This document shows positions 1 to 10,104 of a DNA stretch of 27,503 bases, piece by piece. The notes beneath the pieces were generated by a model. That model had not been told where the DNA came from. It saw only the letters and a list, made by a program, of their open reading frames with translations, and made no database searches. A program made the translations under genes and the position numbers. Origin of the DNA: Mesotaenium endlicherianum (Eukaryota); contig WELA01001098.1 in NCBI GenBank assembly GCA_009602735.1, forward strand, positions 213,345 through 240,847, read 5' to 3'. The stretch's first letter is position 1. Each line of letters begins with the position of its first letter.

Positions 1-247
1 AGTGCATCTATTTGGGGGGGGATTGGGAGCTAGCTGCGTGGATGTGGGACACCAACGTATGCATGTACTCTGGGGCGGGAAGATGTATATTTTATATTCT
101 AAAGGCTGTTTTGGGCGTGCGCTCACGCCGCGCTAGTGCCGCTCTCTTGCCAGTCTAGCCTTAACCTCTGTGCCAAAGAGGGACGGCGTTTTTTATCAAA
201 GCAGCAGCAGTCTTGCTTGCTCCATCCAACTCTGGGGGCGCACTTGG

Positions 248-535
248 TGCGCACGAGCGTGCATGCGTGTGCGCGAGCGCGGGCGTGTGTCAGTGTGTGT
301 GTGTGCAATGGTGGGTGCGTAGCGTGAGTGTGAGCGCATGTGTGTATGTGTGTGTGTCCTCATGTGCGCATGCGCAAGCGCCCGCCTGCGTGCGTGCTCA
401 TGCGTCTCTCTGCTCATTCGTGCGTGAGCGTGTGCGTAAATGTGCGCGTGTGCGTGCGCGCTCTTGCGCTTGTGCTCATGCGTGCGTGCCTCTGTGCCTA
501 AGCATGCATGCGTGCGTGAGCATGTGTGCGCACAG
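248..535. repeat. Degenerate (TG/CG)n alternating purine-pyrimidine tract (intronic)
   Basis: Continuous gtgtgc/gcgt/gcat low-complexity sequence running up to the 536 acceptor. Confidence 0.8.
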
Positions 536-666
536 CCTCCAAGATCGACGGCAAGCCCATTGTGGACCTGCCCGAGCGCATCGTGGAGCTCCAGGTGGCG
601 GAGTTCAGCGAGGAGGAGCGCGCCTTCTACTCGTCCCTCGAGGCCGCCTCCAAGAAGCAGTTCCAG
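536..666 (+). CDS. SNF2-RING helicase (CHR28/FRG-like), first visible exon; gene continues upstream of the window
   Basis: cacag|536 acceptor and 666|gttcgc donor. Reads SKIDGKPIVDLPERIVELQVAEFSEEERAFYSSLEAASKKQFQ, typical of the end of the SNF2_N lobe. Third codon positions are almost all G/C. Confidence 0.9.
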
Positions 667-1040
667 GTTCGCCCCTCAAGTCTTAATCCCTAGACCGTAA
701 AAGCACCGGCCTTAAACCCTATTCATGAAAGCCCACGTTCATACTTGAAAGCCCGTACTTGAAACCCTAGACCACGTTTTTGACCTAAGCGACTGCGCGC
801 GCCTCTGGCTCTCTGACCTGAGTGGCAAGTCCGCTTCTCTCCCTGTGTCTCCTACTCGAGGTCACTCGAGGGTGAGATTGCATCTCTGCAAAAACCCGCC
901 TGCAAGAAGCAGTTCCAGGTCCAGTTCAAGCACTGACATTAACCCCCGACCCTTGATCCTCTGGCACAAGGGCGCGCGCGGCAGAAACTGTGGAAAATCA
1001 TGGGTAATGTGCTAACTATGCCAACTATTGAAAGCAAGTA

Positions 1041-1220
1041 GTATATATCCACGTCTGTATATGCATGTATAGATGCATATATATAGGACTGTGTATGTAC
1101 ACACATACATTTACATATGTATGTCTATGTATATGTGTACATATCTACACATATATATGTACATATATGTATGTAGATACGTATGTATATTTATGTACAT
1201 ATGTGTATATATGTATATAT
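1041..1220. repeat. Degenerate (TA/TG/CA)n microsatellite (intronic)
   Basis: tatatgtatgtacat-type repeats. Confidence 0.85.
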
Positions 1221-1323
1221 TGTGGAATAGCCTACTTGGCTTCGACCGTGAGCCCCAACAAGCCTTTCCGGTGCACGGCATTCCGTGTGTGTGTGTGTTG
1301 CGCGCGTGCGCACGTGGGCGCAG

Positions 1324-1569
1324 ACGTACGCGGCAGCGGGCACGCTGCAGAGCAACTACGTGAACATCCTCTACATGCTGCTGCGCCTGAGGCAGGCGTG
1401 CAACCACCCCCACCTGGTCAAGGACAAGGAGGGGGAGGGCGGCGCCGCCGCCACCGAGCACGCGGCTGAGCTGGCGGCCATGGAGGCCGCGCGGGGGCTG
1501 CCACGTGTCAAGGCGACGCAGCTCCTGGCCGTCGTGGAGGGCCACTCTGCCATGTGTCCCCTGTGCATG
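1324..1569 (+). CDS. SNF2-RING helicase exon ([10 protein letters not shown] motif and first half of the RING)
   Basis: cgcag|1324 and 1569|gtgagg. Reads [32 protein letters not shown]...MCPLCM, in phase with neighbouring exons. Confidence 0.93.
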
Positions 1570-1619
1570 GTGAGGGGGGCTGTTTGCTCTCCTGGGGATG
1601 GGTTGGAGCTGCCTTCAAC

Positions 1620-1890
1620 TCTCTTGTTTTCTCTCTCTCTCTCTGTATCGCTTTATAAGTGTCCCTCTGTCTTTCTCTTTTACGTCTCCCCCTCCTCCCT
1701 CTCTTGGTCTCTCTCCCTTCTGTCATTGTTCTTGTCCCTCTCTCCACACCTCTCCCTCTGTCTCCCCCTCTCCCTCATTCTCTTCGTCCCTTCCTCTCTC
1801 TTTGTCCATGCTCTCTCCCTCTATTGTTTTTTCCTGCCTCTGCCTCTCATTGTCCCCCTCTCCCTGCCTCCCTCTGTCCCTCTGTCCGTG
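1620..1890. repeat. CT-rich polypyrimidine low-complexity tract just downstream of a donor
   Basis: ctct/ccct/tgtc repeats. Confidence 0.8.
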
Positions 1891-2252
1891 TTTGGGAGCC
1901 CCTCCACTCCAGGGTGCCTCCATTGCTGCAACTTTGACTACGCCTTTGGCAAGGCCAGCCGGCTGACGTGGGCAAGTGGAGGCTATGTTCTAATTCTTGA
2001 AAAACGAATCGAGGAAGGGTAGATGGGTTTCACTCGTGAACTTCTGTGCAGAAACATCAGTCAGGCGTGTCTTTGTCATGCCTCTCTGCCGGGGCTCCTC
2101 TCGGGAGTTGGTGAGAGAGACTGGCCCTGCAGACATCAGCCACTTTCACCATCAATCCGCTTCTTTCATGGATCTGCCACCCACCTGCTTGTCCACTGAC
2201 AAATTCTATGTTTCCCACTCTCCTCTCCGGTCTATCATGCGCCCTCCCCCAG

Positions 2253-2694
2253 GACGCCCCCGAGGACGCCGCTGTGAGCGCGTGCCGACACGTGTTCTGC
2301 CGCCAGTGCATCGCGGAACAGCTAGCGCTCTCCGACTCGGGCTCCTCCCCCTGCCCCATGTGCAAGACGCCTCTCACCGCCGCCCAAGTCTACAGCGCCT
2401 CTGCCCTGCGCGCCTGCCAGGCGCAAATCCTGACCCTAGCAACCCACCAGCCAGCCCTGCCCCTTGCCCAGCCCCCCCACGCCCAAACCCTAATTTCCGA
2501 CGGCGGCGGCGGCGGCCAGCTGGCGTATGACGCCTTTGGCAACCCCTTGGGAGGAGTGGGAGGAACTCTTCCCGGCGCGCACGAGCCTTACTGGCACGAG
2601 AGGGGAGGAGCGCGTGTGGGGGACTCGAGGCACGGCTATGGGGCGGGGGGTACTGCGCCCGAGTTAGGGTTCGGGTTTGGGCCAGAGGCGGGGC

Positions 2695-2731
<37 letters not shown>

Positions 2732-3749
2732 CGGAGAGTCAGGATTAGGATTAGGGTTAGGATTAGGGCTGGCAGCAAGGTCAGACGCAGTGCCGGGCTT
2801 TGGGCCAGGGTTTGAGTTAGGGGTTGAAAGCGGCAGCAGTGGCGGAAGCAACAAGAGGGCGGGGAAGGAGAAGTGTAGGAGCACAGGGGCGAGAGTTCCC
2901 ACCTCAGGGCTGCAGAAGCAGGCGGCGTCGGCTGCAGTGGCGGCAAAGAAGAGGAAGGAGGGGCTGCCACTTGGCGCGCTGTCGTCGTCCAAGATCGGCG
3001 CAATGATGGAGATGCTGCAGAGGCTCCCCAGGGTGCGCGCGGTGGTGCAGGGCGGCAGGGTGGTGCGCGTCCTGCCCGGCACGCTCGATGAAGGTGGAGA
3101 CGCCAACGGCGACGGCGGCGGCAACCACCACCATTACCACCACAGCGGGGGGGACGAGAAGAGTGCTCTGGTGGCGCCACCTGGTGCTGCCGACGCCTCT
3201 GGCATGGCTGTCGGTTCTGGCGCTGCCTCTTGCAATGGGGCAGCTTTTGGCGCGGGTGCTTTTGCGGCTGAAAATGGCGCCTTGGGGGGGGTGGAGGCTT
3301 GGCAGTGCGCGGTCAAGAAGGAGGAGCGGGAGGGAGAGGGCAGGGAGGATGGGGAGGCAGGTTCCGCCGCTGCTATGGCAGGTGCTGTAGCTGGCAGCGC
3401 CAGGTGGCAGAACGCCGCTGGCCAGTCCGAGGCCGGCGGCACCGCGCCCGTCCGAGCTGCCGGCCGCACCCCCAAGAAGGAGGCCACGCCATCTGGCGCC
3501 TCCGCCGGCCCCCCCGGCCCCGGCTCCCGAAGGGGGACCCCTGCCGCGCTGCCAGGTGGCATGCGGCTGAAGGAGGAGGCTGTGGTGGTGACGACGGAGA
3601 AGGCGATAGTGTTCTCGCAGTGGACTGGCATGCTGGACCTTCTGGAAGAGCCCCTGCGGAGGGCCGGCCTCCAGTTCCGGCGGCTGGACGGCACCATGGC
3701 CGTGCACGCGCGCGACGCGGCAGTCTCCGACTTCAACACCCGCCCCGAG
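2253..3749 (+). CDS. SNF2-RING helicase exon (rest of C3HC4 RING, Gly/Ala-rich inserts, start of helicase C lobe)
   Basis: cccag|2253 and 3749|gtgcgc. Contains DAPEDAAVSACRHVFCRQC...CPMC, SSKIGAMMEMLQ and EKAIVFSQWTGMLDLLE...RRLDGTM...FNTRPE. Confidence 0.9.
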
Positions 3750-3886
3750 GTGCGCACTCGCGGTCGTCTGTCTGGCTTTGCCACTCGCCGGCGCCACGGC
3801 GGCCCGCCGCTTGCTGCTTGTTGCTTGTGCTTGAACGTGTGCATGTGAGGGGGAGGTTTGTGGTTGTGCGTGTGTGTTTTTTTGCG

Positions 3887-3887
<1 letters not shown>

Positions 3888-3939
<52 letters not shown>

Positions 3940-4870
3940 TCTATGTGTGTGCACGTGTGTGTACGTGTGTGTTGGAGCATGGTGGTATCATTGTAACCTT
4001 TTTTTTCAAGGAAGGGGGGGGGGAGGGGGGGGNNNNNNNNNNNNNNNNNNNNNNNNNNNNNNNNNNNNNNNNNNNNNNNNNNNNNNNNNNNNNNNNNNNN
4101 NNNNNNNNNNNNNNNNNNNNNNNNNNNNNNNNNNNNNNNNNNNNNNNNNNNNNNNNNNNNNNNNNNNNNNNNNNNNNNNNNNNNNNNNNNNNNNNNNNNN
4201 NNNNNNNNNNNNNNNNNNNNNNNNNNNNNNNNNNNNNNNNNNNNNNNNNNNNNNNNNNNNNNNNNNNNNNNNNNNNNNNNNNNNNNNNNNNNNNNNNNNN
4301 NNNNNNNNNNNNNNNNNNNNNNNNNNNNNNNNNNNNNNNNNNNNNNNNNNNNNNNNNNNNNNNNNNNNNNNNNNNNNNNNNNNNNNNNNNNNNNNNNNNN
4401 NNNNNNNNNNNNNNNNNNNNNNNNNNNNNNNNNNNNNNNNNNNNNNNNNNNNNNNNNNNNNNNNNNNNNNNNNNNNNNNNNNNNNNNNNNNNNNNNNNNN
4501 NNNNNNNNNNNNNNNNNNNNNNNNNNNNNNNNNNNNNNNNNNNNNNNNNNNNNNNNNNNNNNNNNNNNNNNNNNNNNNNNNNNNNNNNNNNNNNNNNNNN
4601 NNNNNNNNNNNNNNNNNNNNNNNNNNNNNNNNNNNNNNNNNNNNNNNNNNNNNNNNNNNNNNNNNNNNNNNNNNNNNNNNNNNNNNNNNNNNNNNNNNNN
4701 NNNNNNNNNNNNNNNNNNNNNNNNNNNNNNNNNNNNNNNNNNNNNNNNNNNNNNNNNNNNNNNNNNNNNNNNNNNNNNNNNNNNNNNNNNNNNNNNNNNN
4801 NNNNNNNNNNNNNNNNNNNNNNNNNNNNNNNNNNNNNNNNNNNNNNNNNNNNNNNNNNNNNNNNNNNNNN

Positions 4871-4920
<50 letters not shown>

Positions 4921-5013
4921 TCTATGTGTGTGCACGTGTGTGTACGTGTGTGTTGGAGCATGGTGGTATCATTGTAACCTTTTTTTTCAAGGAAGGGGGG
5001 GGGGAGGGGGGGG
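3888..5013. other. N gap 4033-4870 flanked by the same ~140-nt sequence on both sides (probable scaffolding artefact)
   Basis: (tg)n-tctctatgtg...ggtggtatcattgtaacc(t)ncaaggaa(g)n occurs at about 3888-4032 and about 4871-5013. Confidence 0.85.
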
Positions 5014-5779
5014 TGGGGAAGTGCTCATTCTTTGGGGCTGATGAATCTTGGCTTATGTCTTTCGAGTTTGCATTTCTTCCTCCTTGCTACTTGTGGGGAC
5101 GTAGACGCTGTTGAAGTGCTGCTGCTGCAGGTCCTGTCATGCTGATGTGCTCTCTACGCCTCAGTGCTGCATACCATCCAACTGACTCTGTTCGCGCTCT
5201 TTCCATGTTCCTGGTGCCCTGGTTTCTCGGCCTTTGTTCTGTCTGAGACCAATCTGTAGGCTCTTGTTTTTTCTTACTCATGTGTGCTCGTAAGTCTGTA
5301 AGTCTCTTGGGGATCTGCGCGCACAGGGGCTTTGTTTGTCTCTTGATGCAAGCGCGTCATATGGATGAGCAAGGCGTCTAACATGTCCCCGCGTGCGTGG
5401 TTGATATGCTGCTCACATCTCTCCCCTTCTTGTCTCGTCCCACGCGCTCCACTCGACTCCCATGGGATGTAATTTTTTTGTTTAATCGTCAAGCTCTGGT
5501 TTTGCATGCCCTCTTTCATCAGTGGAGAGTTTTGGGGTACAGATGCATAAAATTGCGTGTGCTTAGTTTGTATTTTAATTGTTTCAAGTAAACATCCGTG
5601 TAATAGCTACAAGTAAGATGTGTACGCGATGTGTGGATGACGATGATGCCAAATACACTACGTAAAAAATGTATTCATGCACGCGAATGTGTCTATCTGT
5701 GCCCACTCACTCACCGCCACACATACGCCTCTGGGCATCTGCTCCTCCCCCTCCTTCTCCTCCTTCTCCTGCTGCTGCA

Positions 5780-6050
5780 CAATCACAACCCCACCCTCAA
5801 CTTCGATGACGTACTCAACAATGACGATGCCGTCCCTCACAACAACGACAACGCCTACCTACACAACAACGTTGCCGACATCCTCCGCAATAACGTCGGC
5901 GACAACGTTCGCCGCAACAAACACCGACCCCTGCCGTGACAACGACGACAACGACGCCAACGCCCGCCGCGACAACAACGGCATCCGCCTCCGCAACAAC
6001 GCCCCCGCCAACACCCCCGCCGACGCCCGCAACAACAACGACGCGCGACG
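5780..6050. repeat. Degenerate (AAC/GAC/GCC)n trinucleotide repeat (intronic)
   Basis: acaacaacgacaacgcc-type units. Confidence 0.75.
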
Positions 6051-6076
6051 TGTGACGTGCGACGCGCGCGGCGCAG

Positions 6077-6286
6077 GTGACGGTGATGATCATGTCGCTC
6101 AAGGCGGCCAGCCTGGGGCTCAACATGGTGGCCGCGTGCCACGTGCTGCTGCTGGACCTCTGGTGGAACCCCACCACGGAGGACCAGGCCATCGACCGCG
6201 CGCACCGTATCGGCCAGACGCGCGCCGTGCACGTGTGGCGCTTCGTCGTGCGCCGCACCATCGAGGACCGCATCCTGGACCTACAG
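6077..6286 (+). CDS. SNF2-RING helicase exon (helicase motifs V-VI)
   Basis: cgcag|6077. Reads [47 protein letters not shown]...[10 protein letters not shown] and ends at a CAG|GCATGC donor. Confidence 0.93.
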
Positions 6287-6534
6287 GCATGCTTCCTTTC
6301 CCCCCCTCCCCTTCTCCCGCCTGTCACCCTCCGCTCCCCTCCCCGCTCCCCTCCCCGCTCCCCTCCCCGCTCTCTCCTACCGCTCAGGGGCCGCTGTGGC
6401 CTTTTTTGTGATTCTAATCATCTCTGCGGGGTTTCATGTTGCGGGCGCTTGCACTGGTTGTTTTTCATCAGCCCGCAGTACCGTGGAGGAAGACCTATCT
6501 GGCAAATGCGTCTGACTTTTGCACAGCCGGGGAT

Positions 6535-6537
<3 letters not shown>

Positions 6538-6627
<90 letters not shown>

Positions 6628-6664
6628 CGCCAACAAAGACGCACACACCACGCACGCATGCACG

Positions 6665-6719
<55 letters not shown>

Positions 6720-6790
6720 GCGCATGAATGCGCGCACGCCAACAAACATGCGTACACGCACGCACGCGCACTCATACACATGCACGCGCG
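6538..6790. repeat. Compound (CT)n(CA)n microsatellite
   Basis: Perfect CT run, then CA runs and cacg variants. Confidence 0.95.
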
Positions 6791-7124
6791 CACCATCTTC
6801 AACGAATCTACTCAACTTGCAAAAATGATGCCTGTCTCCACTGTGCTAGAATCCCCACTCCGTTTTCATCTCCCTGTTTGGAAATGTTCTCCACTTTAGG
6901 CACGCTGACTTGCGCCACCTGGTTCCTTGTCCCGCCCTTCTAAAAGTGTTCAGAATTGTGACACCAATCGCATCGCGCGTTCAGACAAACTTCTCCAATC
7001 AGGCGTCTCATTCTCTACCTCTCTCTCTCTCTCAATTGCTCAAGTATTTGCAAGGTGTGGCAAGAAGAGTCGCACGCTGACAGGTGGCCGTTGCGGTGGG
7101 GCTTGGGGCTGTGGGGACCCACAG

Positions 7125-7229
7125 GAGCGGAAGCGCAAGATGGTCGCGTCAGCCTTCGGGGAGGGGGGGGGCGAGCAGACGCGCACGAGGCTCACGGTGG
7201 AAGACCTCGAGTTCCTCTTCCGTGTATAG
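7125..7229 (+). CDS. SNF2-RING helicase terminal exon
   Basis: cacag|7125. Reads ERKRKMVASAFGEGGGEQTRTRLTVEDLEFLFRV-TAG, matching the KRxMVASAFGE...RLTVxDLxxLF C-terminus recalled for plant CHR27/28-like proteins. Confidence 0.92.
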   Translation, partial: ERKRKMVASAFGEGGGEQTRTRLTVEDLEFLFRV

Positions 7230-9408
7230 GGGGGCTCGTCATTGCGACGCACCATTATTGGTTGGGATGCTCCCCCATGCCCTGGCTAGTGCTGCTTTTT
7301 TCCCTCATATTGGCGTATTGAGTGTTTCGTTTCGGTTTCTCTATCTTGGAGTGTAAAAATTGGTGTTTGGCATTTGGATTTTGGAGTTACTTTTGACACA
7401 TTGTCATGATGTTGTCACGCTGGCATTGCCTTGCTGGCGCGTCTCAGGCCGCTGGTTCCGCGATTAGAGGATGTGTATATATATGATATTGTTGTAGGCT
7501 TTTACCTTTTGATGTGTAACATTCTTGGCAGCATCAACCTGCACTTTTCTTACTCTATCAACGATACGCCGGGACTATTAAAACCAGCGAATGTACTCTT
7601 CGTTAGTGATACAATTAGCGGCCTTGTGCTGGACATGGGAGCACGAAAGTGTGCTCACTTGCTTTCTATACTTAGGAAGCTATCAGGAAAGAGGACGAAG
7701 CAGTTTCCAGCTTCCACTTATGTTTCAATAAAGTGTCAGCCTTGATTTCGACTGATCTCAGTCAATGCTGTGGCTGCCCTGTGCTCCGAGTCCAGAGTTG
7801 GCAATCATGATCTTTGTGGAAAGATTGCTCACAGTGCACTAATGTGAGCTCTCTTGTTGACATATAAGCATCTGTTGTGACGAGTTGTCAGCTAGCTATA
7901 GGTGTATATGAGATGCAATATCTTGACCCATGTCCTTGTGGAATTGCAAGCAAGTACTTGGATATATTTAAAGATGCATCTCTTTGCACCCATTGAGCCT
8001 TTCAAATCTGCGAGTTGTCTGGTACATTCATATGCGAGGTGTCGTCTGCAAACGAGTATTGAAGCACAGATACAATCAAGCAACCAAACAAGGTGTGTTT
8101 GATCACTTCCAAGTAAATTGCCTCCATAAAAAAGCTTAAATTGGAGGATAGTCATTCACATCAACCACAAAGTTGTTCCTTGAGCGCAGACACGCATAAG
8201 ATAGTAGGTACAATCTGCAATTGACACACTTTTGCAACAATTTACATTCACAATGTGCAACTTAGGTGCTGCAATCATTGACGTGCAAGTCCAGTAATCA
8301 AACCACATGCTTCTGTCGAGGTCTTTTAGGCTGAGAAGACCAATCGCCAAGATATAGATGAAGTTGGCAAGCACAGCTTGAAGGTAACAAATAGGTATTC
8401 ATCAGTCAACCCTTGGATTTAGTTCTTGCAACTCATTCAACCCTTCTAAGAGTGTATCATAGTGTGAGCAGCATGCTTTCTGCCAAGTCACGCAATCAGG
8501 TCTTGGCTTTCTCTATCATTGGAGAAATAGACAGTATCATTCTGAGTGCAACTACGCTTAGTATTGCCTTCCCTTCTGTTTCAATTCCTCATTAATTTTG
8601 CAACCCTATTCAAAAGATGAGGTGCCCCTGCATAAGTGTTGCGTACTAGATATAGAAGTGCAAGCATTTATTTCTCTCACGGGAACGCCAAAAAAATCAT
8701 TCAGATCATGAGAAAAGGGTGCGGTGCTGATTGAATAGAATGAATTTGATGACGCAAGTAGCCACGAGGTTAACCCTCAAGCGGCATCGCTTGCTACCAT
8801 CTGCGCGTAGGTTTATCCTTGAGCAACAGAATCAACGCGCACACATCGGCAGCTTCCTACGTCCGCATATAGTCAATGTCTGGTTTTCTACCTTTGACTA
8901 AGAATCATCTAAGAGCCCCCTGTATACCAGCTCTACTCCGCTGCTGCCTGACGTCTACAGCTATACATACGGGTTGCACTATGTTACACGCCACTGACTG
9001 ACTTCTACTGCTGATTGACCAGATGGCTAGGAGTCTATAACCTAGAAAAGAAGTTGCTCAATGACGTTGAACGTGGAGCTTAAGGGCCAACTCAAGGAAA
9101 TGTGGAAGCTGCTATAAAGACAGGCCCCCAGTCCCGAAGCCTCCATTTCTATCCAGCCTACCAGTGCGCTAAGACCAACTGCCCCCCACATTGAAAAGTG
9201 AAATGAGGTTCCTATTCTCGTTGCATAATAATGCCATTTCTACTTATGACTAGAATGGGGAATAGCTAGATGGCTAACTCCACATATGGAGGCCATCAGA
9301 TCTTTGCACATTGTGAGTACTGAGAGGCCAGCGGCCCAGAACTGGTGAAAGCTCAAGTATGTATGTATAGCAGCTCGTTCCGGTGCCAATGAGCGCTGGG
9401 AGTGGTAG

Positions 9409-9930
9409 TTACTTCGAGTCAAAGATGCTGCAATTCTTCAGGTGGCAGCACTTCTGGTAGCACTTGTTAAAGAAGTCGTCAGCCTCGGTGAGGCCAAACA
9501 CCGGGTTAACTCTCGTGGCCGAGCACACCGCCCTGCACTGTCTTCTGTACACGTAGCACACATCTGGTCCATCAATCTTGACGTTGTAGTTGAGGGGAGG
9601 GTAGGGGGGGAACGGGCACGGGGTTGTGCAATAATCCGGACTTCCCACCTTGATTGGGAATGTCACTCGTGCCAGGCACCCGCGCTCACACTGCCCAATC
9701 CCATTGCATTCCCCTCTGTTGTAGCCGGCCTGAACGCCTTCGCACATGGCCTGGCACATCGACGAGTACCATTTCCCGTCTGCTCCACACACGTCTGCTC
9801 CCGACGAGATGCACCCGCAGTCTCTTGCTTCAGCAAGCGCGATGGTATGCTGCATGACGTGGAGGACGCCCACGACAAAGGCTACTCTCGTGGCCATTTG
9901 AAGGAGCTGTTGCCCACGTACAATTGCCAT
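9409..9930 (-). CDS. Secreted Cys-rich protein: signal peptide, Kazal-type protease-inhibitor domain and Cys-rich C-terminal domain (173 aa; start may be Met12 at 9897)
   Basis: ATG..TAA ORF. Hydrophobic N-terminus ending in an AEA cleavage-like site. CGC-x7-CGADGKWYSSMCQAMCEGV...GEC fits the six-Cys Kazal pattern. Confidence 0.82.
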   Translation of the reverse strand: MAIVRGQQLLQMATRVAFVVGVLHVMQHTIALAEARDCGCISSGADVCGADGKWYSSMCQAMCEGVQAGYNRGECNGIGQCERGCLARVTFPIKVGSPDYCTTPCPFPPYPPLNYNVKIDGPDVCYVYRRQCRAVCSATRVNPVFGLTEADDFFNKCYQKCCHLKNCSIFDSK

Positions 9931-10096
9931 TTCAGAAGATGAAGCAGGAGTGTGCTTTGATTGAATACGGCAGTGGTAATTAAGCAGATGGTGGGACTAT
10001 GTCATTCACAAGGAAGTTCAGTATGATTGAAAATTATGTCAAGAAGAAGACGGAGGAAAAGACTTGTAGCTGTGAACAGAGTGAACTGCGATTGCA

Positions 10097-10104
10097 CTTA
10101 TATG
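10097..10104 (-). promoter_or_regulatory. Candidate TATA box of the Kazal gene
   Basis: Minus strand reads CATATAAG about 170 nt upstream of the ATG. Motif match only. Confidence 0.3.

Noticed and set aside
123..700. Cys/Val- and His/Thr-rich ORFs here and at 1065-1545, 6418-6943, 18929-19914, 22032-22580 and 25854-26344
   Set aside because: They are translations of intronic (TG)/(CA)/(TA) repeats that lack stops because of their composition.
1940..2542. 13-nt match acgcctttggcaa between intron (1940) and exon (2530)
   Set aside because: A few 13-mer matches are expected by chance in 27 kb, and there is no colinear extension.
2374..3844. Long minus-strand ORFs opposite helicase exon 3
   Set aside because: Antisense shadows of GC-rich coding sequence, with no recognisable domain.
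2904..5114. Very long ORFs spanning N runs, and the apparent direct repeats around the gap as possible LTRs
   Set aside because: The ORFs are open only because of Ns. Identical microsatellite-bounded flanks are typical of an unmerged scaffold overlap, and the helicase reads contiguously (RPE|VTV) across this intron.
5677..6076. Mucin-like Thr/Ser- and Asn/Asp-rich ORF as an extra exon or nested gene
   Set aside because: It is a degenerate AAC/GAC repeat, is out of frame with the 6077 exon, and the helicase needs no insert there.
7431..8595. Short ORFs in the AT-richer intergenic region
   Set aside because: They show no motif, no codon bias and mostly non-ATG starts. A decayed transposon cannot be excluded without a search.
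9442..9942. 166-aa + strand ORF overlapping the Kazal gene
   Set aside because: Antisense shadow with a GTG start. The minus frame carries the signal peptide and the Cys pattern.
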